From: Verrucomicrobiota bacterium
Lineage (GTDB): Bacteria; Verrucomicrobiota; Verrucomicrobiia; Limisphaerales; J093
Length of the DNA stretch: 64,000 nt
Assembly (NCBI GenBank): GCA_050012855.1
Contig: JBEKGJ010000024.1
Location: 3,682-67,681, forward strand
Direction of reading: 5' to 3'
Shown here: positions 1-8,831 of the stretch, one piece after another
Layout of the letters: the number at the start of each line of letters is the position of its first letter
Position numbering within the stretch: position 1 is the first letter of the stretch
Made by a program: the position numbers and the translations under genes
The notes under the pieces: generated by a model
The model's input: only the letters and a program-made list of their open reading frames with translations
What the model was told of the DNA's origin: nothing
Databases searched by the model: none

Positions 1-641
1 AGCTCCAGCTCTGCTGGCAGATCTATGTGGACGACAACCACGGCCTGGTGCCGCCCAACCGCTCCATCTGGAACGGCGTGTGGCGCAGTTCGCCGGATTC
101 CTGGATTGGCTCCAGCAGCGCCCCGTACGACACCGACTTTGCGCCCATTCAGCAGGGCCTGCTGTTCAAATACGACTACAACCGCTCCGTGGCCCTCTAC
201 CATTGTCCCGCCGATCACTCGACGGTCGTAGGCCATCCGACCCTGCAACGGACGCGGAGCTACTCGATGAACGGCAACTTGGGCGGGCGGACCAACGAGG
301 TGCAGAACACGGTGGACCGGGCCGAGACCATCCCGAGCCCGGCGAAGCTGTTTGTGTTTGTGGACGAGGCGGACGATTCGATTGACGACGCGCATTTCCT
401 GGTCTGGCCCTACCCGGACACCCGCTGGGTGAACCTGCCGGCCGGCCGGCACGGGCAGTTGGGGGTGTTGTCCCTTGCCGACGGGCACGCCGAGAAGTGG
501 GCCTGGCAGTGGCCCAAGAAGTTCAGCCCCAAGACGGACTACTGGAAACTCGCCGAGAACGTCAAGGACCTGAACGACCTGCGCCGGCTCCAGACCGCGA
601 TCTTGACGGTGAATGACTTTGTGCCTCAAGGATTGCCGTGA
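1..641 (+). CDS. DUF1559 / prepilin-type H-X9-DG domain protein, 5'-truncated by the window edge
   Basis: YHCPAD, RSYSMN, FVFVDE..DSIDD and AGRHGQLGVLSLADGHAE (H-X9-DG); the reading frame is open from the window start; TGA at 639-641. Confidence 0.85.
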   Translation, partial: LQLCWQIYVDDNHGLVPPNRSIWNGVWRSSPDSWIGSSSAPYDTDFAPIQQGLLFKYDYNRSVALYHCPADHSTVVGHPTLQRTRSYSMNGNLGGRTNEVQNTVDRAETIPSPAKLFVFVDEADDSIDDAHFLVWPYPDTRWVNLPAGRHGQLGVLSLADGHAEKWAWQWPKKFSPKTDYWKLAENVKDLNDLRRLQTAILTVNDFVPQGLP

Positions 642-975
642 TGACAGAACCAAACCGATGAAACCGACAACCAAACCGCCCCAGAATGGGGCCAAGCGTG
701 CCGATGCCACAACAACACTCTCGCCGCGCCAGCAGCAGATGGTCGAGTTGGTCGCCCAAGGGGTTTCCAACGCCAAGATTGCGGCGAAGCTGGGAATCGC
801 TCCGGCGACGGTGCGTCGGCACTTGGCGGACATCCACCGACGCACCGGTCACGCTTTGCGCAGCGTAACGCTTGCGGTTGGGGTGGTGGCGGTGGCCGGC
901 GGTGTGTCCGACCCGCAAGTGGTGGCTACGACCATTGACGCAGACAAGGCTCAGGGTTTGGAGCCGGAAACTTCA
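270..975 (+). repeat. Direct repeat copy 1 (about 700 bp; 3' half of the H-X9-DG gene plus 5' half of the LuxR gene)
   Basis: Aligns colinearly with 1337-2041 at an offset of about 1067; e.g. cccaagacggactactggaaactcgccgagaa occurs in both copies. Confidence 0.9.
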
Positions 976-1254
976 TGCACGGGGGGTGCATACGTGGGCC
1001 AACGCGGGAGCGTCGCTCAGAGCGCAGCGAGGAGCGGTTCGGCCAGAAATATTCAAACAGCACAAACGCCGGCGAAGCCCTTGAGCCTGCGCGAAGATCA
1101 AGTGCGTAAGTTGGCTGCCCAAGGCAAGTTGGACAAACAAATCGCCATGGAACTTGGCATTAGCTACAATACAGTTAAGAACCACGAGCGGCGGATTCGC
1201 TTAAAACTTGGCGTTCCCAATATGAAAGCCGCAATCCACCAGTTGAAGCCATGA
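658..1254 (+). CDS. Regulator with two LuxR/GerE-type HTH domains and no receiver domain
   Basis: LSPRQQQMVELVAQGVSNAKIAAKLGIAPATVRRH and LSLREDQVRKLAAQGKLDKQIAMELGISYNTVKNH; ATG at 658. Confidence 0.8.
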   Translation: MKPTTKPPQNGAKRADATTTLSPRQQQMVELVAQGVSNAKIAAKLGIAPATVRRHLADIHRRTGHALRSVTLAVGVVAVAGGVSDPQVVATTIDADKAQGLEPETSCTGGAYVGQRGSVAQSAARSGSARNIQTAQTPAKPLSLREDQVRKLAAQGKLDKQIAMELGISYNTVKNHERRIRLKLGVPNMKAAIHQLKP

Positions 1255-1277
1255 ACACATAGTACGAAATGACCATA

Positions 1278-1305
1278 TTGACGCCCTCATAACCAAAGCT
1301 ACACT
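1278..1305 (+). promoter_or_regulatory. Candidate sigma70 promoter
   Basis: TTGACG-16 nt-TACACT in an AT-rich gap upstream of repeat copy 2 and the island genes. Confidence 0.4.
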
Positions 1306-1321
1306 TTGAACCCATAACGCT

Positions 1322-1708
1322 ATGACAATCGAGTCGAACGGCGACCTGAGCGAGCGGAACAACGAGCTACAAAACACCGTGGACCGGGCCGACGCCACCC
1401 CCAACCGGGCCAAGTTCTTTGTCTTTGTGGAGGAGGCGGAGGATTCGATTGACAACGCGCGTTTCCTGGTCTGGCCCAATCCGGACATTCGCTGGGTGAA
1501 CCTGCCGGCCGGCCGGCGCGGGCAGTTGGGGGCGTTGTCCTTTGCCGCCAGTCATGCTGGGAAATGGGCCTGGCAATGCCCCAAAACGTTCAGGCCCAAG
1601 ACGGACTACTGGAAACTCGCCGAGAATGTCAAGGACCTGAACTACCTGCGCCAGCGTCAGACTCTGATCCTAACGGTGAACGATTCTGTGCCGCAGGGGC
1701 TGCCGTGA
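1322..1708 (+). pseudogene. Degenerate partial duplicate of the H-X9-DG gene
   Basis: C-terminal part only; the motif has changed to AGRRGQLGALSFAASHAG (His and DG lost). Confidence 0.75.
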
Positions 1709-2041
1709 TATGAAACAACACGAATGAAACCAACACCCAAACCGTCCCCGGATGCAGCCCTGCTTGCTAACGGCGCACCAACGCTCACCCCTTGCCTGCA
1801 GCATATGGTCGGACTGGTCGCCCAAGGGGTTTCCAACGCTAACATTGCCGTGTGGCCGGGAATCGCTCCGCCGACGCTGCATCGGCACTTCGCAGACATC
1901 CACCGACGCACAGATTACACTTTGCGCAGCGCAACGCTAGCGCTTGGCCTGGTCACGGTGGCCAGCGATGTGTCCGAGCCGCGCGTGGCGGCTGCCGCGC
2001 TTAACGCGGGTAAAACCCCGAGTTCGGAGCAGGAGATCACG
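1337..2041 (+). repeat. Direct repeat copy 2 (diverged)
   Basis: Colinear with 270-975, with many substitutions. Confidence 0.9.
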
Positions 2042-2044
2042 TAA
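1724..2044 (+). pseudogene. Degenerate duplicate of the first LuxR HTH
   Basis: LTPCLQHMVGLVAQGVSNANIAVWPGIAPPTLHRH has helix-breaking substitutions; the ORF stops at the repeat end. Confidence 0.65.
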
Positions 2045-2066
2045 TCGGCTGCACTTACAACGTGTT

Positions 2067-2576
2067 ATGTTGTTTGACTTTCAAAACCGTCGCCGCTCTG
2101 GCGAATCCAACGTAGTACGGCTCTTCCTTAGCAGTGCGGCCATTATACTGCTCCTGTCAAGTGCGGCAAAGCTTTATAGTCTCACAACGGAAACGCGACT
2201 GCTCCAACTCCACGATCCGGTGTTCGATCTCCCATTCAGAACATTGTTCGCGCTGGTTGGAGGCTGGGAGATCGTCTGCAGTATGCACTGCATTTGTTCG
2301 TCCAACCATCTACGCAGTGTGGGAGTTGTAGCCTGGACCTCGAGCGCCTTCCTACTCTATAGAATAGGCCTTTGGGTTCTCGACTGGAGGCATCCTTGTG
2401 GTTGCCTCGGTTCGTTTGCTCAAACGACACTTATCTCGGATACAGCATTAGACCTGATTGCTCGCTGCCTGCTGCTTTATCTGCTAGTTGGCAGTTTGGG
2501 CACCCTTGTCGGTGTTCTGTACAGTCGCCATCAACTCACCTCGCTGCGCCGAACGTCCGACCATCTCACGACATGA
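2067..2576 (+). CDS. MauE/DoxX-family redox-associated membrane protein
   Basis: About four TM segments, LSSAAKL start motif, WE in TM2 and PCGCLG (the CGCxG of MauE); ATG at 2067. Confidence 0.75.
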   Translation: MLFDFQNRRRSGESNVVRLFLSSAAIILLLSSAAKLYSLTTETRLLQLHDPVFDLPFRTLFALVGGWEIVCSMHCICSSNHLRSVGVVAWTSSAFLLYRIGLWVLDWRHPCGCLGSFAQTTLISDTALDLIARCLLLYLLVGSLGTLVGVLYSRHQLTSLRRTSDHLTT

Positions 2577-3730
2577 CAGCAATATCATTTCTCCGTTTGA
2601 CATGCGGCCGAAGCGGCCCTTGGGCCGCTCTTCTATGCCTCCTTTTATCTGAACCTGGGTTCGGAGGCGACTTGCTCCTAGCAGGACTGCTCCGCCGCCA
2701 AGTTCATGAACAAAACGGCGCGTTGCTCGTTGATACGTCCTCGTCGTGCCAGATGTTCATTCAGGCCAAACGGCTTGTGGTGTGCTGGCAGGCGTCGCCC
2801 GATCGATGGGAGCGTTACTGGCTCTCAACGACGGGTCAAGTGGGCCAGATTGTGGTTCCGGGCATATTGCTACCAGAATCGCCACCGCGCCGCAACGTCG
2901 TTACAAATTACGTCATTGCCAGCGACATCCAGCCTCGTAACGCTACTCCCGAGGTTCGCCTTCTAGCAATCGCGATGATGAGCAGGGAACTTTGGGATCT
3001 TTCTCTTGCGCAGGGCTTCCTGCCCCCATGGGGCGATGATCAGTATGCAGACGCACTATGCACCACGCCACAAGCCGAGTTCGAGGAGTCCGCTTTGCCT
3101 ACTCTTTCCAGCCTCGAATTCAGATTTAATGAACCAGCCTGGAGGCTCGCGGCTGAGCGATGGGGTGGATCAAGGCGGTCTGCAAGGCAGACCCAAACAC
3201 CCTGGCCTAATGAGTTTGTTGAGGCGCGGCTTACAATCTCGGACTACGCAGTGTACGGGAGTCAACGTGTGGCCAAGACCTGGCTTTTCCAACATTACGC
3301 CGCCGTTGTCGACACTAATGCCCCGACAAAACACACAACCGACTTAAGCGCGAACGTTACCAACAACACGTTCGTAACAGAAACAGTGACGTTTCACCTA
3401 GTCTCAAGCACGAACATCGGTGTTCTGTCGGAGGTGCCCGACCTCAGTAATGAGGTGGTTGCGGATTTTCGCACCTGCAACGAGAAGAATCGAGGAGCCT
3501 ATAGTGTAGTGATCGGTGTGCCTGATTTGCAAACTGCGTATGGGAAGGCACTGAGCGCACGTCGATTGCACGAGAATGACGGCAGAATGCGCAGTGTATT
3601 TGGAGGTCACTCAGGTGCACCGCAAGTGAAGCATATACTACTGCTCGCTTGCTTTGTAATTTTGTCGCTTTTTCTTCCGCTTATGTTTCGCTGGAAGGGA
3701 AAACAAGAAATACAACATACAACAACCTAA
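2573..3730 (+). CDS. Hypothetical exported protein with a C-terminal membrane anchor
   Basis: ATGA overlap with the MauE-like gene; N-terminal hydrophobic stretch; C-terminal TM ILLLACFVILSLFLPLMF followed by RWKGK. Confidence 0.65.
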   Translation: MTAISFLRLTCGRSGPWAALLCLLLSEPGFGGDLLLAGLLRRQVHEQNGALLVDTSSSCQMFIQAKRLVVCWQASPDRWERYWLSTTGQVGQIVVPGILLPESPPRRNVVTNYVIASDIQPRNATPEVRLLAIAMMSRELWDLSLAQGFLPPWGDDQYADALCTTPQAEFEESALPTLSSLEFRFNEPAWRLAAERWGGSRRSARQTQTPWPNEFVEARLTISDYAVYGSQRVAKTWLFQHYAAVVDTNAPTKHTTDLSANVTNNTFVTETVTFHLVSSTNIGVLSEVPDLSNEVVADFRTCNEKNRGAYSVVIGVPDLQTAYGKALSARRLHENDGRMRSVFGGHSGAPQVKHILLLACFVILSLFLPLMFRWKGKQEIQHTTT

Positions 3731-3740
3731 ACATGTCACA

Positions 3741-4187
3741 ATGAAGACAAACCTTGCACAGCTAAAGCAAATCACGGCCTCGGCGGTGTGCGGAGTGTTG
3801 GCACTTGCAACGCTAGCGGTCGCTGTGGGTAACAATTCTAAGTGTCTTATGTCAGCAACAATTCAACTGCCGGATGACAAGGGTGCATGTACTCTCAGCC
3901 CGGGCCCTTACGGCTGGTCGAGCTGCGGCGGGTCTTGCTTCAGGTGGTCCGCGTTCAGTTCGAACTGGTGTGCGACGTGTTCGATCAAAAGCGACGATTG
4001 CAATTGCATTACTACGAACGCGTCTGTAATTATTAATGAATACAAGGGCACATGCGGCGGTACTACCTTGAGGGGCAATGTTGGGTGTTTGTGTTTATCC
4101 GTTAACGGGGCGGTCGTTATTACTAACGCGGCCGTAAGCACTCGGTTAGTGGGTGTCTCAAATCGAGACTGTTATGATAGCTTCTGA
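3741..4187 (+). CDS. Small secreted cysteine-rich protein (12 Cys in the mature part)
   Basis: Sec-type signal MKTNLAQLKQITASAVCGVLALATLAVAVG, then CxxxC, CxxC and two CxC motifs; starts 10 nt after the previous stop. Confidence 0.75.
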   Translation: MKTNLAQLKQITASAVCGVLALATLAVAVGNNSKCLMSATIQLPDDKGACTLSPGPYGWSSCGGSCFRWSAFSSNWCATCSIKSDDCNCITTNASVIINEYKGTCGGTTLRGNVGCLCLSVNGAVVITNAAVSTRLVGVSNRDCYDSF

Positions 4188-4985
4188 TTGTCAGGTGGTT
4201 AGGCAAGTCGGACGAACGTACGAGTAGGTGGCCAACGTGTAACGGGACTAGGGTAATCACGGGCCTCGTGTTGTTCGCGGGTACCAGTGTGTCTTATGTG
4301 AGCGGAGTGCAGTTCTTGCCTGGCTTGCCCACAGCGCAACCATAGCATGGGTAATTGATTGGGACAGGTTCGGGCAGTGTGAACAAGTCATTCGTCGTCG
4401 GGGGGCGAATATCGGCGTCGCACCGTGTGTGCGAAGGCAAGTGTGGCTCGCTCGAAGTAATGAGTAAATTCACAATCACACGTTTTGTGGCGATATTCTC
4501 CACCGCAAAAAGTGGTGCGGTACGCGACGATTGTGGTTCGTGGGCGCGTAGAAGGGACGTAGGTGGCGTCCGGCGTAAGCGCCGTGTGCTTCAGGACGCG
4601 AGGCAATGTACGTTTGTGCAGGGGTAGAACCGCGGTCGTTTTTTCTGACTGCTTGCTGAAAGGTGGTCGCGTCGGTAGTGGTGTACGTGACCGTGCCAAG
4701 GTTGCAAGGGCATGGGCCCCGGTGTAGAAGATACCTGCTGCCTTCATCGTATGGTGCGGGCTAGTGAGTGGCAGCAAGCGTGACGTTGGAGACTACTGCT
4801 GTGTGCCGCGAAACGAAGAGGGGTGCGTCGCCAACTTGCGGGGCGCGCTTGAGACTGTGCACATGAAGCGAACGCTGCTTCGATGGTGTGGCGTTGCCAG
4901 TGAACGGGGACGTGTACCCTGTAAGCGGAGGCCAGGTGGCAGCATTGGAGGCGAAGACGGCTTCTTTCGCAATGCCCCAGTGGCT

Positions 4986-6437
4986 ATGGCAGTTATCATG
5001 CTCGTCTTGTCAGGCTGGGGGAAACAGAGTTGGTTGGGAGGGGGGCCAACACCATTGTCTCGAATTGCGCTGATGCGAACATCTGTGCTCAACGGTGCGA
5101 TTGTCCTCGACGCCTACCACGAGTTGACACCGGACACGGCACTTGTTCGCGGGCATTATTACAGTGACAAGGCGCCGGGGACTGTGGCGCTCGCGATGCC
5201 GGCGTTCGCGGCATGCGCCAGCCTGGCTCGCGTCGCGGGAGTTGATCTGGATTCCAAGGTGGGCTGGCTGGTGACGGACTGGGCGGCCTGTGCCTTCTCG
5301 CAAGCCTTGCCCGCCGCGCTGGGCGCGGTGGCGTTGTTCGTCTGGCTGGGTCGGTTTGTTCGTCAGCGCGTGGCCTTGGTAACGGTGCTGGCGCTGTTTT
5401 TAGGCGGGATGCCGCTGCCCTATTGTGCGATGCTCTTCAGTCATGCCCAGGTGGTGGGGCTGATCGGAATTGCCATCTGGGCGCTTAAGCTGTTTCAAGG
5501 CGACGGAGGGCAGACGACAGAAGACGGGATCAGTCCGCGGCGGATGGCGTTGGCGGGATTCTGTCTGGGTCTGGCCCTGGCCAGCGAATACACGGCGGGC
5601 ATTGTGGTAGCGGCGCTCGTGGGTTACGTCGTCGTCCGGCATTGGTCGGTTTGGTGGCCAAGAGGGGTTAGTAACGGCTCGGCGAAGCCTCGCCTTGCCA
5701 CAAACGCCCTCGCGTCTCGCCCTTCGCCCCTCGGCCTTCCCCCCTTGCTCTGGTTTTTCGTGGCTGCCATTCCGCCGTTACTGCTGATCCCGGCCTACAG
5801 TTGGGCCACGATCGGGAACCCGTTCATCCTCCCTTACAGCCTGAATGAATCGTTCCCGGAGATGAAGCGGGGACTTTATGCTATCCAATGGCCCGACGCG
5901 GAGACGGCGTTCAAGCTGCTGTTCGGCCCCACCCACGGGCTCTTCTTCTGGTCGCCGTTCCTTTTGCTGGCCGGCTTCGGTTATGCCGCGCTGTTCCGCC
6001 GTTCGGTGGGCGCCTTCTGGCTGATGTATGCGGTGCCGCTACTGCAGGTCACGGTGATCTCCGGTCGGGTGTGGGACTGGCAGGCGGGCTTCTGCTTTGG
6101 GCCGCGGTATCTGGCCCCCATGCTGCCTTTGCTGGCCTTGCCGTGCGCCTTGGGCGTCCAGCGCTGGCCCAAGCTCGGAATCACACTGGGCATCTATTCC
6201 ATCGCCGTCGTCACGCTGGCCACCCTCACGGACGCCTGCGCGGATTACAGCGTCTATAACCCGCTCACGGAACAGAACATTCCAAAGTTCCTGAAGGGAG
6301 AATTCTCGCACACCTTGGGCACGGCGGTATTGGGTTTGCCGCCGTTCGTGAGCGTGGCGTTGTTCTACTCGATACTCATTGGGGGGATCGCCTGGCTGTG
6401 GCGTTTGACGGGCGAGCCGGACAAGGTTGAGGGCTGA
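4986..6437 (+). CDS. Polytopic membrane protein, probable GT-C-fold glycosyltransferase (start uncertain, 4863 possible)
   Basis: More than 10 TM segments; SR...DAYHE..D....GHYYSDKAPG loop, GLFFWSPF and WQAGFCFGPRYL motifs; clustered with GtrA and GT2. Confidence 0.7.
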   Translation: MAVIMLVLSGWGKQSWLGGGPTPLSRIALMRTSVLNGAIVLDAYHELTPDTALVRGHYYSDKAPGTVALAMPAFAACASLARVAGVDLDSKVGWLVTDWAACAFSQALPAALGAVALFVWLGRFVRQRVALVTVLALFLGGMPLPYCAMLFSHAQVVGLIGIAIWALKLFQGDGGQTTEDGISPRRMALAGFCLGLALASEYTAGIVVAALVGYVVVRHWSVWWPRGVSNGSAKPRLATNALASRPSPLGLPPLLWFFVAAIPPLLLIPAYSWATIGNPFILPYSLNESFPEMKRGLYAIQWPDAETAFKLLFGPTHGLFFWSPFLLLAGFGYAALFRRSVGAFWLMYAVPLLQVTVISGRVWDWQAGFCFGPRYLAPMLPLLALPCALGVQRWPKLGITLGIYSIAVVTLATLTDACADYSVYNPLTEQNIPKFLKGEFSHTLGTAVLGLPPFVSVALFYSILIGGIAWLWRLTGEPDKVEG

Positions 6438-6453
6438 GGGTGATGGTTGATGG
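6424..6453 (-). repeat. Heptamer tandem repeat of the (a/c)tcaacc family, reverse orientation
   Basis: aggttgag ggctgag ggtgat ggttgat gg. Confidence 0.55.
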
Positions 6454-6481
6454 ACTCAAACCCAGGCCGGGATGGCAGGCA

Positions 6482-6880
6482 ATGAACCGGTTTCTGCAAT
6501 TCTGCTTGGTGGGCGCCAGCGGCGTGTTGGTGGACATGGGACTGCTGGCACTATTGGTCCAACTTTCCGGGATGCCACTGGTGTTGGCTAAAGCCATCGC
6601 GTGCGAGATTGCCATCGTGAACAACTTTCTGTGGAACGATCACTGGACTTTTCGCGGCGTGGAACCGGCGCAGGGGCGCGGCGCGCGCTTCCTGTGGTTT
6701 AACGGCGTGTCGCTGGCCGGTCTGGCACTAAACGTGGCCCTGTTCGCAGCGCAGGTCCGGTGGCTGGGGATGAACTTGTATCTGGCCAATGCTGTCGCCA
6801 TCATCGTGGTGGCCGGCTTCAACTACACCCTGAGCCAGCAATGGGCCTGGCGGACGGCATCGCCCAGGGAGGCGGAGTGA
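6482..6880 (+). CDS. GtrA-family flippase
   Basis: RFLQFCLVGASGVLVDMG, NNFLWNDHWTF, FNYTLSQQWAW; four TM segments. Confidence 0.9.
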   Translation: MNRFLQFCLVGASGVLVDMGLLALLVQLSGMPLVLAKAIACEIAIVNNFLWNDHWTFRGVEPAQGRGARFLWFNGVSLAGLALNVALFAAQVRWLGMNLYLANAVAIIVVAGFNYTLSQQWAWRTASPREAE

Positions 6881-8103
6881 CCCGGTGGAAGGCTATGCCG
6901 GAAAGCGTCGGGATGGCGCTGGCGCTGGCCGGGTCGCTGGCCTTGCGGCTGTCGTTCTTCCCGTTTGTCAGCGGGGACATGCGCGGCGACATGATTCCGT
7001 GGTCGGAGATCATCGAGAAGCAGGGAGCCTGGAATTCGTTGGGGCAGGAGTTCAGCAACTATCCGCCGCTCTATCTTTACCTGCTGACGGTGGCGACCTG
7101 GCTGCCGCTGCCGCGGTTGTTCGCGATCAAGCTGGTTTATGTGGGGTTCGATTACGTGCTGGCGTGGTTTGTCGCCGGCATCGCCGTGGAAAGCGGGGCG
7201 GTGCGAAAACGCTGGCCGGTGATGCTGGCGACGCTGTGCGTGCCCACGGTGCTGATGAACAGCGCGCTTTGGGGCCAGTGTGACGCGATGTATGCCAGCG
7301 GGTTGGCCGCTTGCGTGTATTACCTGCTGCGGGGGCGTTCGGTCGTGGCAATGGTGGCGTTGGGACTGGCCTTTGCGTTGAAGCCGCAGGCTGTGTTTCT
7401 GGCGCCGCTGATCGTGGTGCTCGTCTGGAAGCGCCGATTCTCACCGCTGCTGCTCTATGTGGTGCCGGCGGTCTATGTGGTGCTGGCGGTGCCAGCCTGG
7501 CTGGCCGGGCGGCCAGTGGAGGACCTGCTGCTGCTCTACGCCCACCAACGCATCCTGCCCTTCCCGGCGCTGACGCTGGGGGCGACCAACCTGTATCAAT
7601 GGCTCGGGGGCGCGCCCTTCGTCCCTTTCTTCCAAATCGGGCTGGGGTCGGCTGGCGTCAGCGCTCTGGCTCTGGTGATTGCGGTTTGCCGACGGCATCG
7701 GGCTGGATTGTCCAACGAAAGGGTGCTTCAACTCGCTTTGGTTTCGTTGGTGCTCATGCCGTTTGTGCTGCCAGCCATGCACGAGCGGTATTTCTTCGCT
7801 GCGGACGCGCTGGCGGTGGCCTATGCCTTCTGGTTCCGCCGCGGCTGGATCGTGGCGGTGTTGATCCAGGTTGCCTCGGCGTTTACCTACCTGCCCTATC
7901 TGTTTGACTGTGAGCCCATTCCGCGACCGCTGCTGGCGGTAGCAATGGGCGAGGCCCTGGTGCTGCTGGTGCGGGACCTGTGGCGGGCCACGGAGGCAAG
8001 TGCGGAGCGTCATGACGCCACCGGGCAGGCGGTGGACGCGGCCAAGCCGACCAACCACTTGTCTCCCAATGCTGAACTGCCAGCCCGCTCAACTCCGCCA
8101 TGA
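6877..8103 (+). CDS. GT-C membrane glycosyltransferase (Gpi18/GT87-like)
   Basis: SGD, SNYPPLYLY, NSALWGQCDAMY, FALKPQ, PAMHERYFF; GTGA overlap with the GtrA gene. Confidence 0.85.
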   Translation: MTRWKAMPESVGMALALAGSLALRLSFFPFVSGDMRGDMIPWSEIIEKQGAWNSLGQEFSNYPPLYLYLLTVATWLPLPRLFAIKLVYVGFDYVLAWFVAGIAVESGAVRKRWPVMLATLCVPTVLMNSALWGQCDAMYASGLAACVYYLLRGRSVVAMVALGLAFALKPQAVFLAPLIVVLVWKRRFSPLLLYVVPAVYVVLAVPAWLAGRPVEDLLLLYAHQRILPFPALTLGATNLYQWLGGAPFVPFFQIGLGSAGVSALALVIAVCRRHRAGLSNERVLQLALVSLVLMPFVLPAMHERYFFAADALAVAYAFWFRRGWIVAVLIQVASAFTYLPYLFDCEPIPRPLLAVAMGEALVLLVRDLWRATEASAERHDATGQAVDAAKPTNHLSPNAELPARSTPP

Positions 8104-8831
8104 CGCCGCCGCTCATCAACGTCACCCTGCCGGCGTTCAACGAGGAAGCGCAGTTGGCGGAGAACACGCGCAAGGTGGTTGCCTTTCTGGCTGGGCAACC
8201 GTCGTCGCGATGGGAAATCCTCATCGCCGACAACGGCTCGACGGACCGGACCTGGGCCATTGCCCAGGAGTTGGCGGCCAACGGAGCCAGTGAGGCTTCA
8301 ACCGCAGTGAGCGTGCGGGCACGACACCTCGATGCGGCCGGGCGCGGCGGGGCGATCAAGGCGGCCTGGTTGGCCAGCAATGCGGACATCTTGAGTTACA
8401 TGGACGTGGACCTGAGCACGGATTTGAGCTGCTTGCCGGCGTTGCTGGCTGCGATCACCGAAGGCGGGGCGGATTTGGCGGTGGGGTCGCGATTGCTGCC
8501 AGCCTCGCGGACGACGCGGGGTTGGAAGCGGGAGGTGTTGAGCCGGGGTTACAGCCGGCTGATCCGCAGGGCGCTGGGACTGCGGGTTCGGGATGCCCAA
8601 TGCGGGTTCAAGGCGATCCGGCGGGAAGCGGCGCGGGTGTTGTTGCCACAGGTGCAGGATAGCGGCTGGTTCTTCGACACGGAGTTGCTGGTGCGGGCAC
8701 AGCGGGCGGGGTATCGGGTGGCCGAGGTGCCGGTGCGCTGGGTGGACGACCCCGGCAGCACCGTCAAACTCCTGCCCACCATCGGGCGCGACCTGAAAGG
8801 CGTCTGGCGGCTGCGGCGGGAGGCCGGTTGA
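8100..8831 (+). CDS. GT2 polyprenyl-phosphate glycosyltransferase (DPM/DPG synthase-like)
   Basis: PAFNEE, DNGSTDRT, YMDVDLS, DAQCGFKA, WFFDTELL. Confidence 0.92.
   Translation: MTPPLINVTLPAFNEEAQLAENTRKVVAFLAGQPSSRWEILIADNGSTDRTWAIAQELAANGASEASTAVSVRARHLDAAGRGGAIKAAWLASNADILSYMDVDLSTDLSCLPALLAAITEGGADLAVGSRLLPASRTTRGWKREVLSRGYSRLIRRALGLRVRDAQCGFKAIRREAARVLLPQVQDSGWFFDTELLVRAQRAGYRVAEVPVRWVDDPGSTVKLLPTIGRDLKGVWRLRREAG

Noticed and set aside
2067-4187. Methylamine dehydrogenase (mau) cluster
   Set aside because: There is no MauB propeller, MauD or MauG, and the Cys-rich protein lacks MauA motifs and a Tat signal
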